Shown: positions 36,720 through 49,198 of the stretch, in pieces
Numbering within the stretch: the first letter of the stretch is position 1
How the letters are laid out: every line of letters begins with the position of its first letter
NCBI RefSeq assembly: GCF_018977255.1
Contig: NW_024704742.1
Span: forward strand, 86,120,001-86,184,000
From: Callorhinchus milii
Taxonomy: Eukaryota
DNA length: 64,000 nt
Reading direction: 5' to 3'
Notes under the pieces: generated by a model
The model's input: only the letters and a program-made list of their open reading frames with translations
The model's database searches: none
What the model was told of the DNA's origin: nothing
Program-made: the position numbers and the translations under genes

Positions 36720-37530
36720 CATCCAGACTGGCTTAGTAAAGCGGAGTGTGCATCCTTGGATGGTGATGCTGTCAGTGCCTGAGATGTGGAGGCGCTGATG
36801 GGAGCCAATCAGGAGAGCCTCGGTCTTGTTGATGTTCAACTGTGGAAAGTTCGCTCTCATCCAGGACTTGATGTCTGACAGACAGTCTGTCAGGACATCA
36901 GTTGTCCTGGAGACAAGGTTGGAGGCAGAGAGATAGAGTTGGGTGTCATCCTCGTACGCGTGGAAGTTGACCCCATGTCTGCGGATGAGGTCACCAAGAC
37001 GGAGCATGTACAGGTTGAAGAGGAGAGGACCAAGGATAGAGCCCTGAAGATCACCGCACGAGACAGTGCGGGGGCTGGAGGAAGAGGCCATTTGTGGAGA
37101 TGAAGTGGAGATGGTGTGAGAGGTAGGATCTAAACCAGTCAAGAGCAGAACCATGAAGGTTGAGGTGAGAGGAGAGGCGGTGGAGGAGTGGTCAACGGTG
37201 TCAAAGGCAGAAGAGAGGTCAAAGAGGATGAGGAGATGGAAGAGGCTCTGGTCACAGATGGACAGAATGTCATTTATCACCAGGGCTGTTTCTGTCCTGT
37301 AGGCAGCACCGAAACCCAATTGGAGGAGTTGGTAGAGGAAGAGGCGGGAGAGGAAACAGCGAATCTGGGAAGCAATGACTTGCTTCAGGACCTTGGAAAG
37401 GAAAGGGAGATTGGCGATAGGGTGGTAAGTTGGGAGCAGGGATGGGTCCAGGGAAGGATTTTTGAGGATAGGGGCTTTTTTTCAGGGAGTGGGAACAGTG
37501 CCAGTGGACAAGGAGAGGTTGATATAGTCT
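36720..37530 (-). mobile_element. Internal L2 RT fragment lacking its 3' end
   Basis: ORF 36657-37319 GFGAAYRTETALV..DLSSAFDTVDH..QGSILGPLLF..YEDD; upstream region encodes the LDP..YRPIS..LSKVL motifs. Confidence 0.9.
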
Positions 37531-38371
37531 CAAACAGAGCCCCAGACCTAACTGTAACAGTGCAGCATAGTCACAGAATGAGAATAGATGACTGCTGTCA
37601 TCCACTTATGTGGAAAGCGTGTCCAATGCAATGAGCGGATGGGATCCTCACTTCTCTCTCCCACTGTTCTACAGGGTGTTTACAAAGTCATATTACCTTA
37701 TTTTTTTCTACAACTGAAACATCTGGGGGAATGATGATCATTGTATTTAGAAGTACTTAATTGTGTTCAGTACAAGTATTTAACTGTATTTAGATTTCTC
37801 ACAGGTTAGGTGTGTGTGAGCGCCATCATTTTCATGGCAGATAATGTTCTGTTGCCATGTTGGAAGCCACATCTTCCGTAACATGGATGGAGTGACAAGG
37901 AAGTTACTGGTATCAGATGTTATTGCACTACACTCAACTACACCAGAAACTAAAAATTCATTGTAAAAAAACAGGGGAAACAGGACTTTGTGAACACCGT
38001 GCACAAAGTTGGGCTATTGGTTTTTCATGCTTTGTCTTATTTTTTGCCCGTAATATATGGGAGAGGAGCAAGATTGGTTTACAGGAGAATCATTCATTAT
38101 TAATTGTACTCCTACAGAAATCCAAACCTCATGTAAGAACGATAAAAGGCGGAGTATTCTTTGTTACCTGTAAAGACAGCACTCAGAGGTATGTGTGGGG
38201 TGGGCAGGGGGAGGGGAGGAGCTCACAAATAAGATATGAGGCTGGAGGCTATCACATCCAAGTTTTATTACATCTTTATTTAAGATAAGAGGGCATCGTG
38301 TATTTTCATTGAAGGTTTTCCGGGACTTCAGTCAATTTTCTGTATTTTTTTGTTGTGAGGTTAGAAAGGTT

Positions 38372-38680
38372 CCAGCTCCTCTGATGGCTCAGGTGGTAAA
38401 TTTGCTGAGGTGATCTTTCCCCTCATCGGTAAATTCACCAGCCTCGGTGACTCAACTTTATCTCCACTTACTGGTACATTTTACAGACTCAGTGTTTATC
38501 CGTTAAAATATGAATACTGATGAATGGAAACTCATCCCAGTCTCAGGTGTACAGAGCTTGATGTTGCCTGATTTTGTCTTGCTACACTGAGTTAGTTGAT
38601 CTCAGCCTACAGACTGATTGGGTCCAACAGTAACTGGCTTTAGCCACCTTGGACTAAGGAGGGTAAAAATCAGACCGGGT
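38372..38680 (+). mobile_element. Family E SINE-like element with decayed head
   Basis: 'tggctcaggtggtaaa' A-box-like start; 'ctgagttagttgatctcagcc..ggagggtaaaaatcagaccgggtt'. Confidence 0.5.
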
Positions 38681-40505
38681 TGTATTCCACTGAGGTCCTC
38701 CGAGAGGAAACTCGCCTCTCACACAGTGACTGGACTCCAAGAGTGTTTCAATAATATAGATACCTTAGGCTCAGAATTACACTCTGTGTTATATCAAGTA
38801 CTAGCATGATGCTTTTTGCTATAATTTGTGCTTTTGGTGCTCCTAGAATTCAAACAAAATACTTAAACATTGTATGTTATTTTGCCTCCTGGTGGTTGTG
38901 CAAGTGCTATGAGACATTATCCTGCGTGAAGGGCGCTATATAAGTACAGTTGTTTTTATTATTGTAGAATCATATGGTTCATTCACTCCATGACTGTTTG
39001 TGGGACATTGGCGTGCACAAAATTGGCTGCCATGTTTGTCCACAAAGCAGTCAGTCACTCCACTTTACAGTGTATCCTGTGAAGCGCTTTGGGACGTCCT
39101 CCCAAAATGAAAAGTGCTATACCAAGTGTAAGGATTTTTATTATTATTAATATGTTAAGAAGTGTGGCAAGGTAGCAGAGGGTTGCTGGCATCCATAGAG
39201 CTGCACTCTGCCTGAGTTAATACCTTCAGGAGAGGAGAATATTGGAGGGGAAGAAATAACACAAAGCAGAAATGTTCCTGTTGAATAGTGATACTAATAC
39301 CATTGAACAGCTTTAATGTGGTTTCTAGAATTCCACTGATACCATTTGATGCAGACCCAACCAATGCTGACCTCCCAACAGTGAATGATGGTTGTGATTA
39401 GTACTGGAGACAGCTTTTATGAACTGGCTCAGGTCAGGACCCAAAGGTGTACGAATGCTCCGAAATTGCATTGAAACCTCCAATAACAAGAATTGATCAA
39501 TGTAATTCACCATCAGAGTGCTGCTATTTTTGTATTTTTCTTTATTAGTTTGTTGCAATATTATATGACAATACAGCGTGTGCTATACCATCGGATCATG
39601 CAGTAAAATAAATCCCAATACCACTGCAGTTCAAACACGTCTACGATACTGTAGTCAATCTCATGATTCAATGAAGGAGCTTGCTGTTTCTTACTGTATA
39701 TTTAAACACCCACTGCCACCCAAAATGAATCTTAGTGGGAAAGGAACAAAAACAGCTCCGTAAACTGCAAATATTAGAAAGAAAAATAATACAGCACAAT
39801 TTACATTGCTATACTGCCTTTCAAGTTGGGAGGACATCTTAAAGCACTTAATAAAGGTTGTTGTGTGTTTCATTTGGTACACCTCAAGCTGAGTGATTTC
39901 CTCTACGCCACGGCAAGGTTTTCTTTTGTCCCTTTGGTGCTCCGAGAATCCAAAACAAATATATGTGTTACATTGCCTTCTGACTATTAATTTTCCTGCA
40001 AGCATTCATATGTTGTTAGCGTGAACCCAATGGACTCTTTTTGTTTCTTTTGCATCTTAATATTTAAGCACTGATGACCTAATAAGTGGTGACAATCCAC
40101 ATAATGCTGTATGCCCAGCACAGTGCCACTACAATACTGCAGAAACATTAGCTAAACACTGCAGTAAATGTCCCACCAATTGAGATAATGATATTATTGC
40201 CTTGGAGCAGCCATGCTATGCTAGTAGCATTATCCCTACTGGTGGCAATTTGAGCAATCATGTTCAACAGATTGTGAAGAGTTTATTCCATATGGAGTTA
40301 GATGGATGGCTGTGTGAGGCAGCAAATGGTCTCCCAACCCACAAGTGAACAAGACCTATTACCTCAAAATAATGAACAATTGAAGCCTGTTCAGATCATC
40401 TTACCAGTTTAACTTTTTAATCCTGGCCATGTTGGCTGGACCAGCTTAGTAGTTTGATTTGATGTTTGTTGCAAATGGTAATGGCTCATTTGCTCAATGG
40501 CCCAT

Positions 40506-40785
40506 TAACTGGTTAGACTCCAGCAGTACCCCAACACACACTCCTTGTCTCTTGCCAACCTGCGCCTAATACTTTTGCGGAATTAGATAAGCAGGATGCA
40601 TCCCTCCAGGGCGAGAGCGCACACTCCATTCTAAAAATCTATTTTAAATGTAATTTTGTTGTTGTTGTTGTTGTTGTGACTTCCATGTGTAAGTGGGATG
40701 CATAGAATTCTCAGTTTGCTTTGGATACTCTTAAGCATAGCGATGGGTTTCCGCATCTGTCAGACACCCAAAAAAAGAAAAAAAA
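40506..40785 (+). repeat. Family D copy with A tail
   Basis: 'ctggttagactccagcagt..cttgccaacctgc..tccctccaggg..gtcagacaccc' followed by an A run. Confidence 0.82.
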
Positions 40786-41309
40786 GCATTTGCTCAACAG
40801 CTGTAAACCCTCATGGCAGTCTTGTGTTTAGCACCAGGCTGATCCTGATTATTAACCAGAGAAATAATACAATAGAAGAGCTGCAAATGTATCAGTCCTC
40901 ACCCCTCATTGGCAATGCGTCTCCATTTTCTTGCTACTGCGTCACTAAGTATTATTCTGCAGACTGCACTTGCTTTCTGTTTTATAGAATCCTGCCCAGA
41001 ATGCACACTGGGAGTATTGATGTTGGTGCAATGATCCAAACCAGGACAAGAATGACACAAAAACATGTTAATTCTTTCGTGCCATTCGACCCGTGGGCAC
41101 AGGCACTGAGGGCCGAATGACCTCCTTCTGTGCTGTAATATTCTATGATTCTCCTGAGGATAATGATGAAGATTTGAAACCTGCTATCAGGGATTGGAAA
41201 ACAAACCGAGCACTATAAAAGAACCACCATACTCGTGCTGTTTCACAGGAGTTTAGATGTAGTCTCAAACATTTTCATTATAAAAAAAAGCGTCATCCCT
41301 CTGGAGAGA

Positions 41310-41600
41310 TGAGGATGTTTAAGGTGGTGACCAAAAAATTTATAGGGGAGGGTTAGAAAAAGATTATTTACACAGAGGGTAGTGGGAATGTGAAGATCTC
41401 TGCCACAAACCATTGCTAAGGCAGAGTCCAGAAATTGTTTTAAAAGATAAATGCATGAAAAAGAGGATTATTAAAGAGTATAAGCAGTTAGGAGAAGAGT
41501 GAGATTAGATCAGGTGCCTTGTGTGGAGAAAAACACCAGCGCAGACTTGTTAGGCCAATTGGGCTTTTCTATGCTGTAAAGTTCTACAATACAGATTATA
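41310..41600 (+). mobile_element. CR1 3' fragment
   Basis: 'ttatttacacagagggtagtgggaatgtg' (FTQRVV..W) and 3' UTR. Confidence 0.7.
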
Positions 41601-43841
41601 TGATTATTATATATCTGCACTACAGTAAAAACAGGCACCTGATTTGGAATACCTTAACTTGCAATTTCTGCAACACAAAGTCTACTATTTTGAAAAACAT
41701 ACAATCTGATTCTTCAGACTTAGCAATGTAGCATAACGGGAAATCTTGATGTCTGTGACACGGGTTTAAATTGTTATGGACACAGTTGGTGCTCCAGATA
41801 GGATCCACATTGATGGATTGCTTCTCAGCATGTTGAAAAGTCACGTTTTCCTTTTTAAATAGTTTCCTCTTTGCTTTGTCTTTCATTCTCAGAGGTGAGC
41901 CTTCTGGCACACCCACAGTCAGTCTTTCTTCTCCCTTCCCCCTCGATAAACGCAGGAAAACAAATTTAAAATTAAAATGAAGGAAATTGGGCATTCACTT
42001 CATGGATGTTTGTGGGATACTGCTGTGTGAACATCGGCTACTGTGTTTGCCTAGACAGATACTACACTTTACAGTAGTTTCTGTCAAGTTCTTTGGGACA
42101 CTCTCTTGATGTGATAAAGTGTTATATTAAAATGTAAGGATTATTATAATTATTATTATAAAATGAAGAGAGAGGTTTAAATAATCTCTACTCAGCATGC
42201 CTTGTTACTAATAAAATCCACAATTTATTCCTGCAAACAGTAAGCTTAATGACCCTTAACAGGTTTAATGACCTATAACCAAGTAGTTAATGACTATTAA
42301 AAATAATAATGACCTTTAGTAAAGAAGTAATGGTCAGTATGTTCACCATTGGTTTTAAAAGGTTTCACACTGAAATTTAAAGGGAAACAGGAACGAGCAT
42401 AAAATCAAATATTTAAGCTTGTCCTAGATGGTGTGCAAACAGTAATGCACACTGCCAAGATCACTAAAATTAGCGTCCAATGGTACATCATTGCCTGATC
42501 CGTTTGTTCTTCACAGGAAACAGAGAGCATTACCTGCTGCTTTGAACAATTTCGCAGTAACCTGGGTAATGCAATTAGGATTTGCACGGGTGGCATGTGA
42601 TGCCAGCTGGAGCCGAAGAAGGTGGTTGCACCTGTTACTATCAATGCCGTGTTGAGCACACATTAACTCCAATTCTTAGCAAGGATCACCAATGATTTAT
42701 TTATCTGGAAGATTTGTTTATTTGAATACATGAATGTGGAGTCAATAAACCCAAAGACAAGATCAATTACTCCTCATCTCTCATGTCTTTTAGCTCTAGA
42801 GTAGAATGCACTATTGGATGCCCTGAAGATGTGTGACCTACAGTATGACATTTCTTATTTACAAAGGGGTAGATCTCAATTAAGCTCACGTGCAAACACA
42901 TTTTACTGATACCAAAGGATTTGTACTTAATATTGGGTTCTGCATGGAGAGCAGCCAGCACTGCAATGGCCCCTAGTTACTGTATTTATGGGCCTTTCAC
43001 TGTCTTGGGCATTGTGTCTAGGAATAACTGAAAAGCAATCCAAATGTTTTGGAACACAATGCAAAAAAGTGTTAGTCGCAGCCTAAATGAACTGGAACGG
43101 TTATCATGGCTTTGGCACCGAGTGTTCCTGCGCTCTTCTATGTGAGGAATGATCTCTCCAGGAGGTGTGTCCCAGAAACAGTGATCAATCCTTTCAGTTA
43201 CAGTTTCCAATGCACAAGATGTAGAGAGAGCAGTAAACATTTTACTTTATAGTTACCATGGCCCACATGGCGAATACAAGGGACTCAGCTCTTTTTGTCA
43301 TTAGCGAGGGTGCGCTGTTGTTTATTAAAATCTCCAGACAGCATGTTGTAGATCAGCAGATTTTTTTAATGACCTTCTTTGAGAATACATTCCACTTTAT
43401 GTATATTCTTTTTATGTATGAAATCTCCAGTCTCTTTTATAGGCACTGTTTGCAACAAATTGGGTCTCAGTTCCAAGCCAGATTGGTTTGATCAGTGCAA
43501 GGCCAGGGAATCATCTCTCAACTGACTCGTAGGAAGTGTTAGAAGAAAAGAGAGTTCGAGAAAGATGGAGTTTTCTTCCAGTGATCAAACGCTGGGGATG
43601 ACAATACTGTCTTCAAAAAAAAAATTGGCTTTCCAAAAGCAACTATGTGAGCAAAAATTTCTGTTAAATATGTTTTTCCTTTGCTCAGTGTTGTGCAAGA
43701 CTTGCAGATCAGCCATGAGTGCCTGTGATAATTTGATTTTATCACAGCTGATACCAGTGTTACATTGTTCTGCCAGTATTCTCAGTCTCCATGTACATTT
43801 AATGGCATAAAACTAGGGTAGTAAACCTGCAGTAAAGTGTA

Positions 43842-44080
43842 TTTTTTTTTGGTCAGCTGGGTGTCTGACACACATGGAAACCCATCACCATGCTTAAGAG
43901 TATCCAAACCAAGCTGAGAATTCCATGCATCCCATCTACACATGGAATGGAATGTGCACTCTTTCCCTAGAGGGACGTATCCTGCTACCGAATTCTGGAA
44001 AATATTAGATGCAGGTTGGCAAGAGCCAAGGCTTGGGACCCCAAAATGTGAGTTGAAGCACTGCTGGAGTCTAACCAGCT
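43842..44080 (-). repeat. Family D copy with A tail (T9 on plus strand)
   Basis: Reverse complement of 40506-40785. Confidence 0.85.
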
Positions 44081-45394
44081 AAAACTGCATAGCTTGCAAT
44101 TGATATTGCTGTCTGGCAAACTTTCCCGCTGTTTGTCCAGCTAGGACCACCTCACCCGTTGGGCCTTGGCTTGCAGGGTTAAAGGGTGTCCACGTGCAAC
44201 TAATGCAAGAGCTGACTGCTTGGTAAATATGTTCTACAGTGTGCTTTCAGTTATTTCAAGTGTGAAAGTAAACTCTTATTAGGGTAGAAATAAATCAATA
44301 CCTTGCAAATTTGCATGCTGTTTTGGATTGCATTTCACATCCAAATTTCCTATTGGCTCCCGGCTCCCTGCTCCAGGTTGGATAGAATAGCACTGAGGAG
44401 CTAAAATTGACAGGCTAAATAAAGCAGGTGATATTCAGTGAAGAGTCATCCTGCTGTCTGTAAATACAAGACTCAGAGATGTATTTTTTCTCTGAAAATA
44501 GGATTTTGAAATGACAGGAGATTGGCTTGTCATTAAACGTCTCATACTCAGCAAGTGGGTGGCAAAGATTGAGAGACCAGATGGGAGGGAGGAGGGTGGA
44601 AAGAGAAGAATAAAGAGAGTGAGACCTGGAGACCCAGACAGAGAGGAGAGAGAAGTAACCAAGAAGAAGAGACAGAAATTGAGTGAGAAGTAATTCAGAA
44701 TTACAATCCTTGTGCACTCACTTTGTGTGACAGTCCTATAGGCAGCAATAAACAGCTTGCACTTATATTGCGCCTTATGAAAAGAACTCTTGCATTTGAT
44801 ATAGCTACCATCAAGTCAAGAATGTCTCAAAGCATTTCACAGGGTCTGTAAAGTGAATTTGTAGACTACTAACACAAGGGAATGTCTCAAAAATAGCCAT
44901 GTAGTGAGTCACCAAATTCTTTTTCCATAGGATTGTTGACCAAATTACCCGGAGAAATTCCTTTCTCTGTTTTGAATAGTGCTATGGGATCTTTAATGTC
45001 TACCTGAACAGGCAGATGGGATCTAAGAAAGGGAGATTAACAACAACAACAACAACAACAATTTGCATTTATATAGCGCCCTTCACACGGGATAGCATTC
45101 CAGAGAGCTTCAAATTACGTATTAATTTGAAGAGTTTAAGGATGTTACCCAAAAGCATTGTCAAAAAGATATGTTTATATCAGCATTTTGAGGGCAGAGA
45201 GAGGGAGAGAGGCAAAGAAGTTCTGAAATAGCATTCTAGGGGGTAGAAGTGTAGTGAAGGCATAGCCACCAATGGTGAGATGGGGTGAGTGAGAAATAAG
45301 CAAGACACTAGCATAGAAGAAGGCTATGTACTTCCACTCTCTGTTTCCAATCCTTTAACTCACTTTCTATCTGTGCTGCCACCTTTACATTAAT

Positions 45395-45812
45395 ACAACA
45401 ACAACTTGCACTTATATAGGGCCCTTCACTTGAGGTAGCGTCCTGGAGTGTTTGACAGTGGCAGAGTCTGACAACGGTGGGGGGCGTGACTGTAAGCATG
45501 ATCAAAAATGAAGGTCTTTAGGCGGAATTTGAAAGAGGGGAGGGAGGGGGCAAGACAGAGGGGTTGAGAGAGAGAGTTCCAGAGTTTTGGGGTGTAATGG
45601 CTGATGGCACGGCCACCGATGGTGGAGCGGAAGGGCTGAGGGACAAACGGAGGTCAAAGCCAGCTGAGTGAAGGCAACGGATAGGGGAGTGGGGTCTAAG
45701 CAAATCGGATAGGTAGGGAGGTGTGAGGGCCTGAAGGGATTTGAAAACGAGTGAGAGGATCTTGAAATCGATCCGTTTGGGAACTGGGAGCAAGTGGAAC
45801 CTGGCAAGAGGC
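45395..45812 (-). mobile_element. L2 3' fragment, tail B lineage
   Basis: LPVPKRIDFKILSLVFKSLQALTPPYLSDLL; reverse tail 'acaacaacttgcacttatatagggccc'. Confidence 0.85.
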
Positions 45813-45989
45813 TACAGAGTTTTGTACGATGGGAGTACAGAGTTTTGTGCATGTACTTGTTGAATTAATTTAATTTTTGCGTATGGTGTATTAACATCAT
45901 GCACCTTCATTTTTTAACAAGCTTCCTTATTAAAAGCGTTTTGCAAATCCACAACATTGCCTTTAAGTATTCCCAACTATTTCAAATAA

Positions 45990-46320
45990 TTCTATTGATT
46001 TGTCAAGTAGATGTGCCTTTTGTGTATTGGTTGTTTTTAATCAACCTATGTCTTTCTAAGTGATTATTAATACTATCCCATACTATTCCCTCCAAGTATA
46101 TGCTGACTGAATGTAAAGGCGCCTGGTCTGCAGTTACTTGGCTTGTCACATTGTCTCTTTTTGAATAGAGTGTCATGTTAGCAACCCTCCAGTCTTCTGG
46201 CACAATTTTCATAATCCAAGGTTATTGGAATGATTTTAGACAGGGTATCTAATATTTCCTTGCTGACTTCTCTCAGCATTCTCGGATGCTGCCTTCAGGC
46301 ACCGTTGACTTACCAGTGAC
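45990..46320 (-). mobile_element. CR1 RT N-terminal fragment
   Basis: VPEDWRVAN..LEGIVWDSINNHLERHRLIKNNQ, the typical CR1 pre-RT/RT motif. Confidence 0.85.
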
Positions 46321-47106
46321 GAACCCACTATGAGTTTCACAAATTTGTGTTTTAGTACCATTTCTATAGTTACCCTTTCTAATTGATGCCCATCCTTCTC
46401 TAAGGGATTAGAGGTTGAGGGATGAACCTATATATCTCCTCTTGGAAACAACTACTGATTTTGTGTTATATGGTTATAATAGAAAAATCCAACAGTCCAC
46501 ATCCAGTCTTTTTCTTATGGCTGAATAATTCACCCCAATTTTCTAAATAAACTACAGAACAAATCTAGCTGAAAAAACATATGCCCATTTGTATTCTTTA
46601 CATTAATTAGTTCAGACATAAAATAAACCAGCAACGTTGGGAAGGTTGCATTTTGCCCACAAACAATTGGATCCTTTCTTAGTTCAAAATAGATTCCTTC
46701 TGTTTACAGTACTGAGGAGATGGCTTATTTTTATTAAAGACACGTGTGTGAAGATTTGACCCATTTAGAATAATAATAATCCTTGCATATGATATAGCGC
46801 TTTATCACATTGTTGAGAATATATTGCAAAGTGAATTGACTGTATTTTGTATATGAAACGCGGCAGCCAATTATGCACAGCAATGTCCCACAAACAATTA
46901 TGATTAATATGACTTTCTGCAGCAATGTGAGAAGCAACTACAAACAGCTAAATAATTGTAACATAGTCCAATGTTCTTATTTAACTATACAGTAGACCTC
47001 ACATATTCTTCAGGGTTTGCCTTGGGTGATTATACGATTTATATAGATCAGACTTATAAGATTTTACAAATTGTCATTGGAGAAGGTAGAGCAAAGGTCG
47101 ACTATG

Positions 47107-47420
47107 TGGAGTCCTGTAGCTCAGTGGTTAGAGCACTCGCTTTGCAAGCGAGAGACCTGAGTTCAATTCCAGGCAGGGCGAAACCTTGGGCAAGTTCCGT
47201 ACTCCACACGCCTAATAATAATCCCTCCAAAAACACAAAACAATAATAAATTGGTCATTTTCAATCCACGACTGTTTGTGGGACATTGCTGTGCTCAATT
47301 GGCTGCCCGTTCACCCACAAATATACAGTCAATTCACTTTACAATATATTGTGTGAAGTGCTTTGGGACGTCTAGAAGACGTGAAAAGCGCTATATCAAA
47401 TGCAAGGGTTATTATTATTA
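47107..47420 (+). mobile_element. Full-length tRNA-derived SINE, short subfamily
   Basis: Same structure as 1801-2120; variant tail 'gggacgtctagaagacgtg'. Confidence 0.92.
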
Positions 47421-47615
47421 TGTTGATATAATAATCCTTGCATTTGATATGTTGCCTTATTATGTCAAAATGTCTCAGAGAGACTCATAAAAGGTTTTCT
47501 GCAAATTGAAAGTGAATGTGTATTTAATAGCCAAAATAAAGCACTTGAATTAAGAGACAGAGGAAGTTGGGAATGTTCATACTGGGGAAGACAAGTCGTA
47601 AATTGGATTACATTG

Positions 47616-49198
47616 ACAACAAATTGGATTTATATAGTGCCCTCCACATCGGATGGCATCTCAGAGCGCTTCACAGTAACGGATCCCGGGGCCGAGCCAG
47701 GGGGAGGGGGAGGAAGATGACCAAAGGTGCGGTTGAAAAGAAAGGTCTTCAGCAGAGTCCTGAAAATAGGAAGAGAGGGGTCGAGGTGAAGGGAGTGAGG
47801 ACGGGAGATCTAGAGCCTCAGGGCATAGTGTCTGAAGGTATGGCCACCGAGGGTGGAGCGGAGGACTCGGGGGACAAGGAGGAGGCCAGACCCAGAGGAA
47901 CGAAAGCAACGGGCACTGTTTTGAGGAGAGAGGAGATCAGAGAGGTAGGGGGGTGCAGAGGAGTGGAGGAATTTGAAGACAAGGTAAGGATCTTGAATTC
48001 GATCCTCTCTGGGACAGGCAACCAGTGCAGTCTGGCGAGGACTGGGGTAACCGGGGAGCGCAGATTGCTGCGGGTGAGAACACGGGCGGCAGAGTTCTGT
48101 ATAATCTGGATTTTATGGATGGTAGTGGAGGGGAGGCCGGTGAGGAAGGCATTTGAGTAGTCCAGCCAAGAGGTGACAAATGCATGGACCAGGGTTTCAG
48201 TGGCTTTCGGAGAGAAGTATTGGCGGAGACGGGCAATGCGTCAGAGGTGGAAGAAAGCGGTGCTATGAGGGCCCGAATGTGGGGGAGGAAGGATAACTGG
48301 GGGTCGAACCTGACGCCTAGGTTGCATATGGGTTTGGAGAGTTTTAGGGGGAGGTCTGGTAGGTGGAGGAGGTGAGAACCGTGAGATTTTAGATGTTAAC
48401 AAGAGCCAACGAGAGATCTAGGGAAGGTTTCTTGAGGAGGGGGTTGATGACAGCAGTTTTGACACGGGCAGGGACTAATCCGGAGGAGAGGGACTGGCTG
48501 ATGACATCAGCCAGTAGTGGGCAGAGGAGGGGGAGGTGGGTGACCAGCAAGTTGATGGGGAGGGGGTGAAGGCAGCAGGTGGTGGGTTTCATAGGTGATG
48601 GTGGGTGAGAGGGAGGAGGGAGAGATAGGGAGGAAGGAATGTAGGATGGGGGTTGTAGTAGGAGCTGATGATGGGGAGGGTGAGGGCGACAGAGAAGGCG
48701 TGGTGGTGGGTGCCAAGAGGCAGGTGGATGAGGCTGCCTAGCGGATGTTGTGAATTTTAGATGAAAAGAAGTCCATGACCTCCTCACACTTGGCATTGGA
48801 TATGAAGATTGAGGAGGCCTGAGGGTGGGCATGGAGGAGGTAGTGGCTGGTAGAAAAAAGGATTTTAGGATTGGGTGGGTTTGGAGATGGTCCTGGATTT
48901 CAGGGGGATGAGGGAGTTGAAGGTGGAGGAGAAGCGATCCTGGAGCAGCTGGACGGCTGCTTCAGGATCTCCGGGGGTGGAAGGCCAGAGGGATAGGATA
49001 TTTGATGATGGGAGGGCCTTTGTGAGGGTCTCAGGGGGTAGCCTTTTCCAAGGGCGGTAGAGGATGGTTGAGGGCTTGGTGGAGGAGAGAGGGATGTGAG
49101 AGGAGAAGGAGATGAGGAAGTGGTCTGAGATGGCCTTGTCCACTATGCTAAGGTCGAAAATGTCAAGGCTATGGGTGATAATGAGGTCAAGGGCATGA
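47616..49198 (-). mobile_element. L2 of a third lineage: endonuclease end, linker, RT core deleted, C-terminus and 3' tail
   Basis: HALDLII..ISDHFLISF (end of APE domain), KTAVINPLLKKPSLD, then a jump to post-RT sequence at about 48400. Confidence 0.85.

Noticed and set aside
42245..42337. CRISPR-like repeat-spacer array
   Set aside because: Repeats about 9 bp and spacers about 10-13 bp are far too short, there are no cas genes, and the context is vertebrate; kept only as a motif array.
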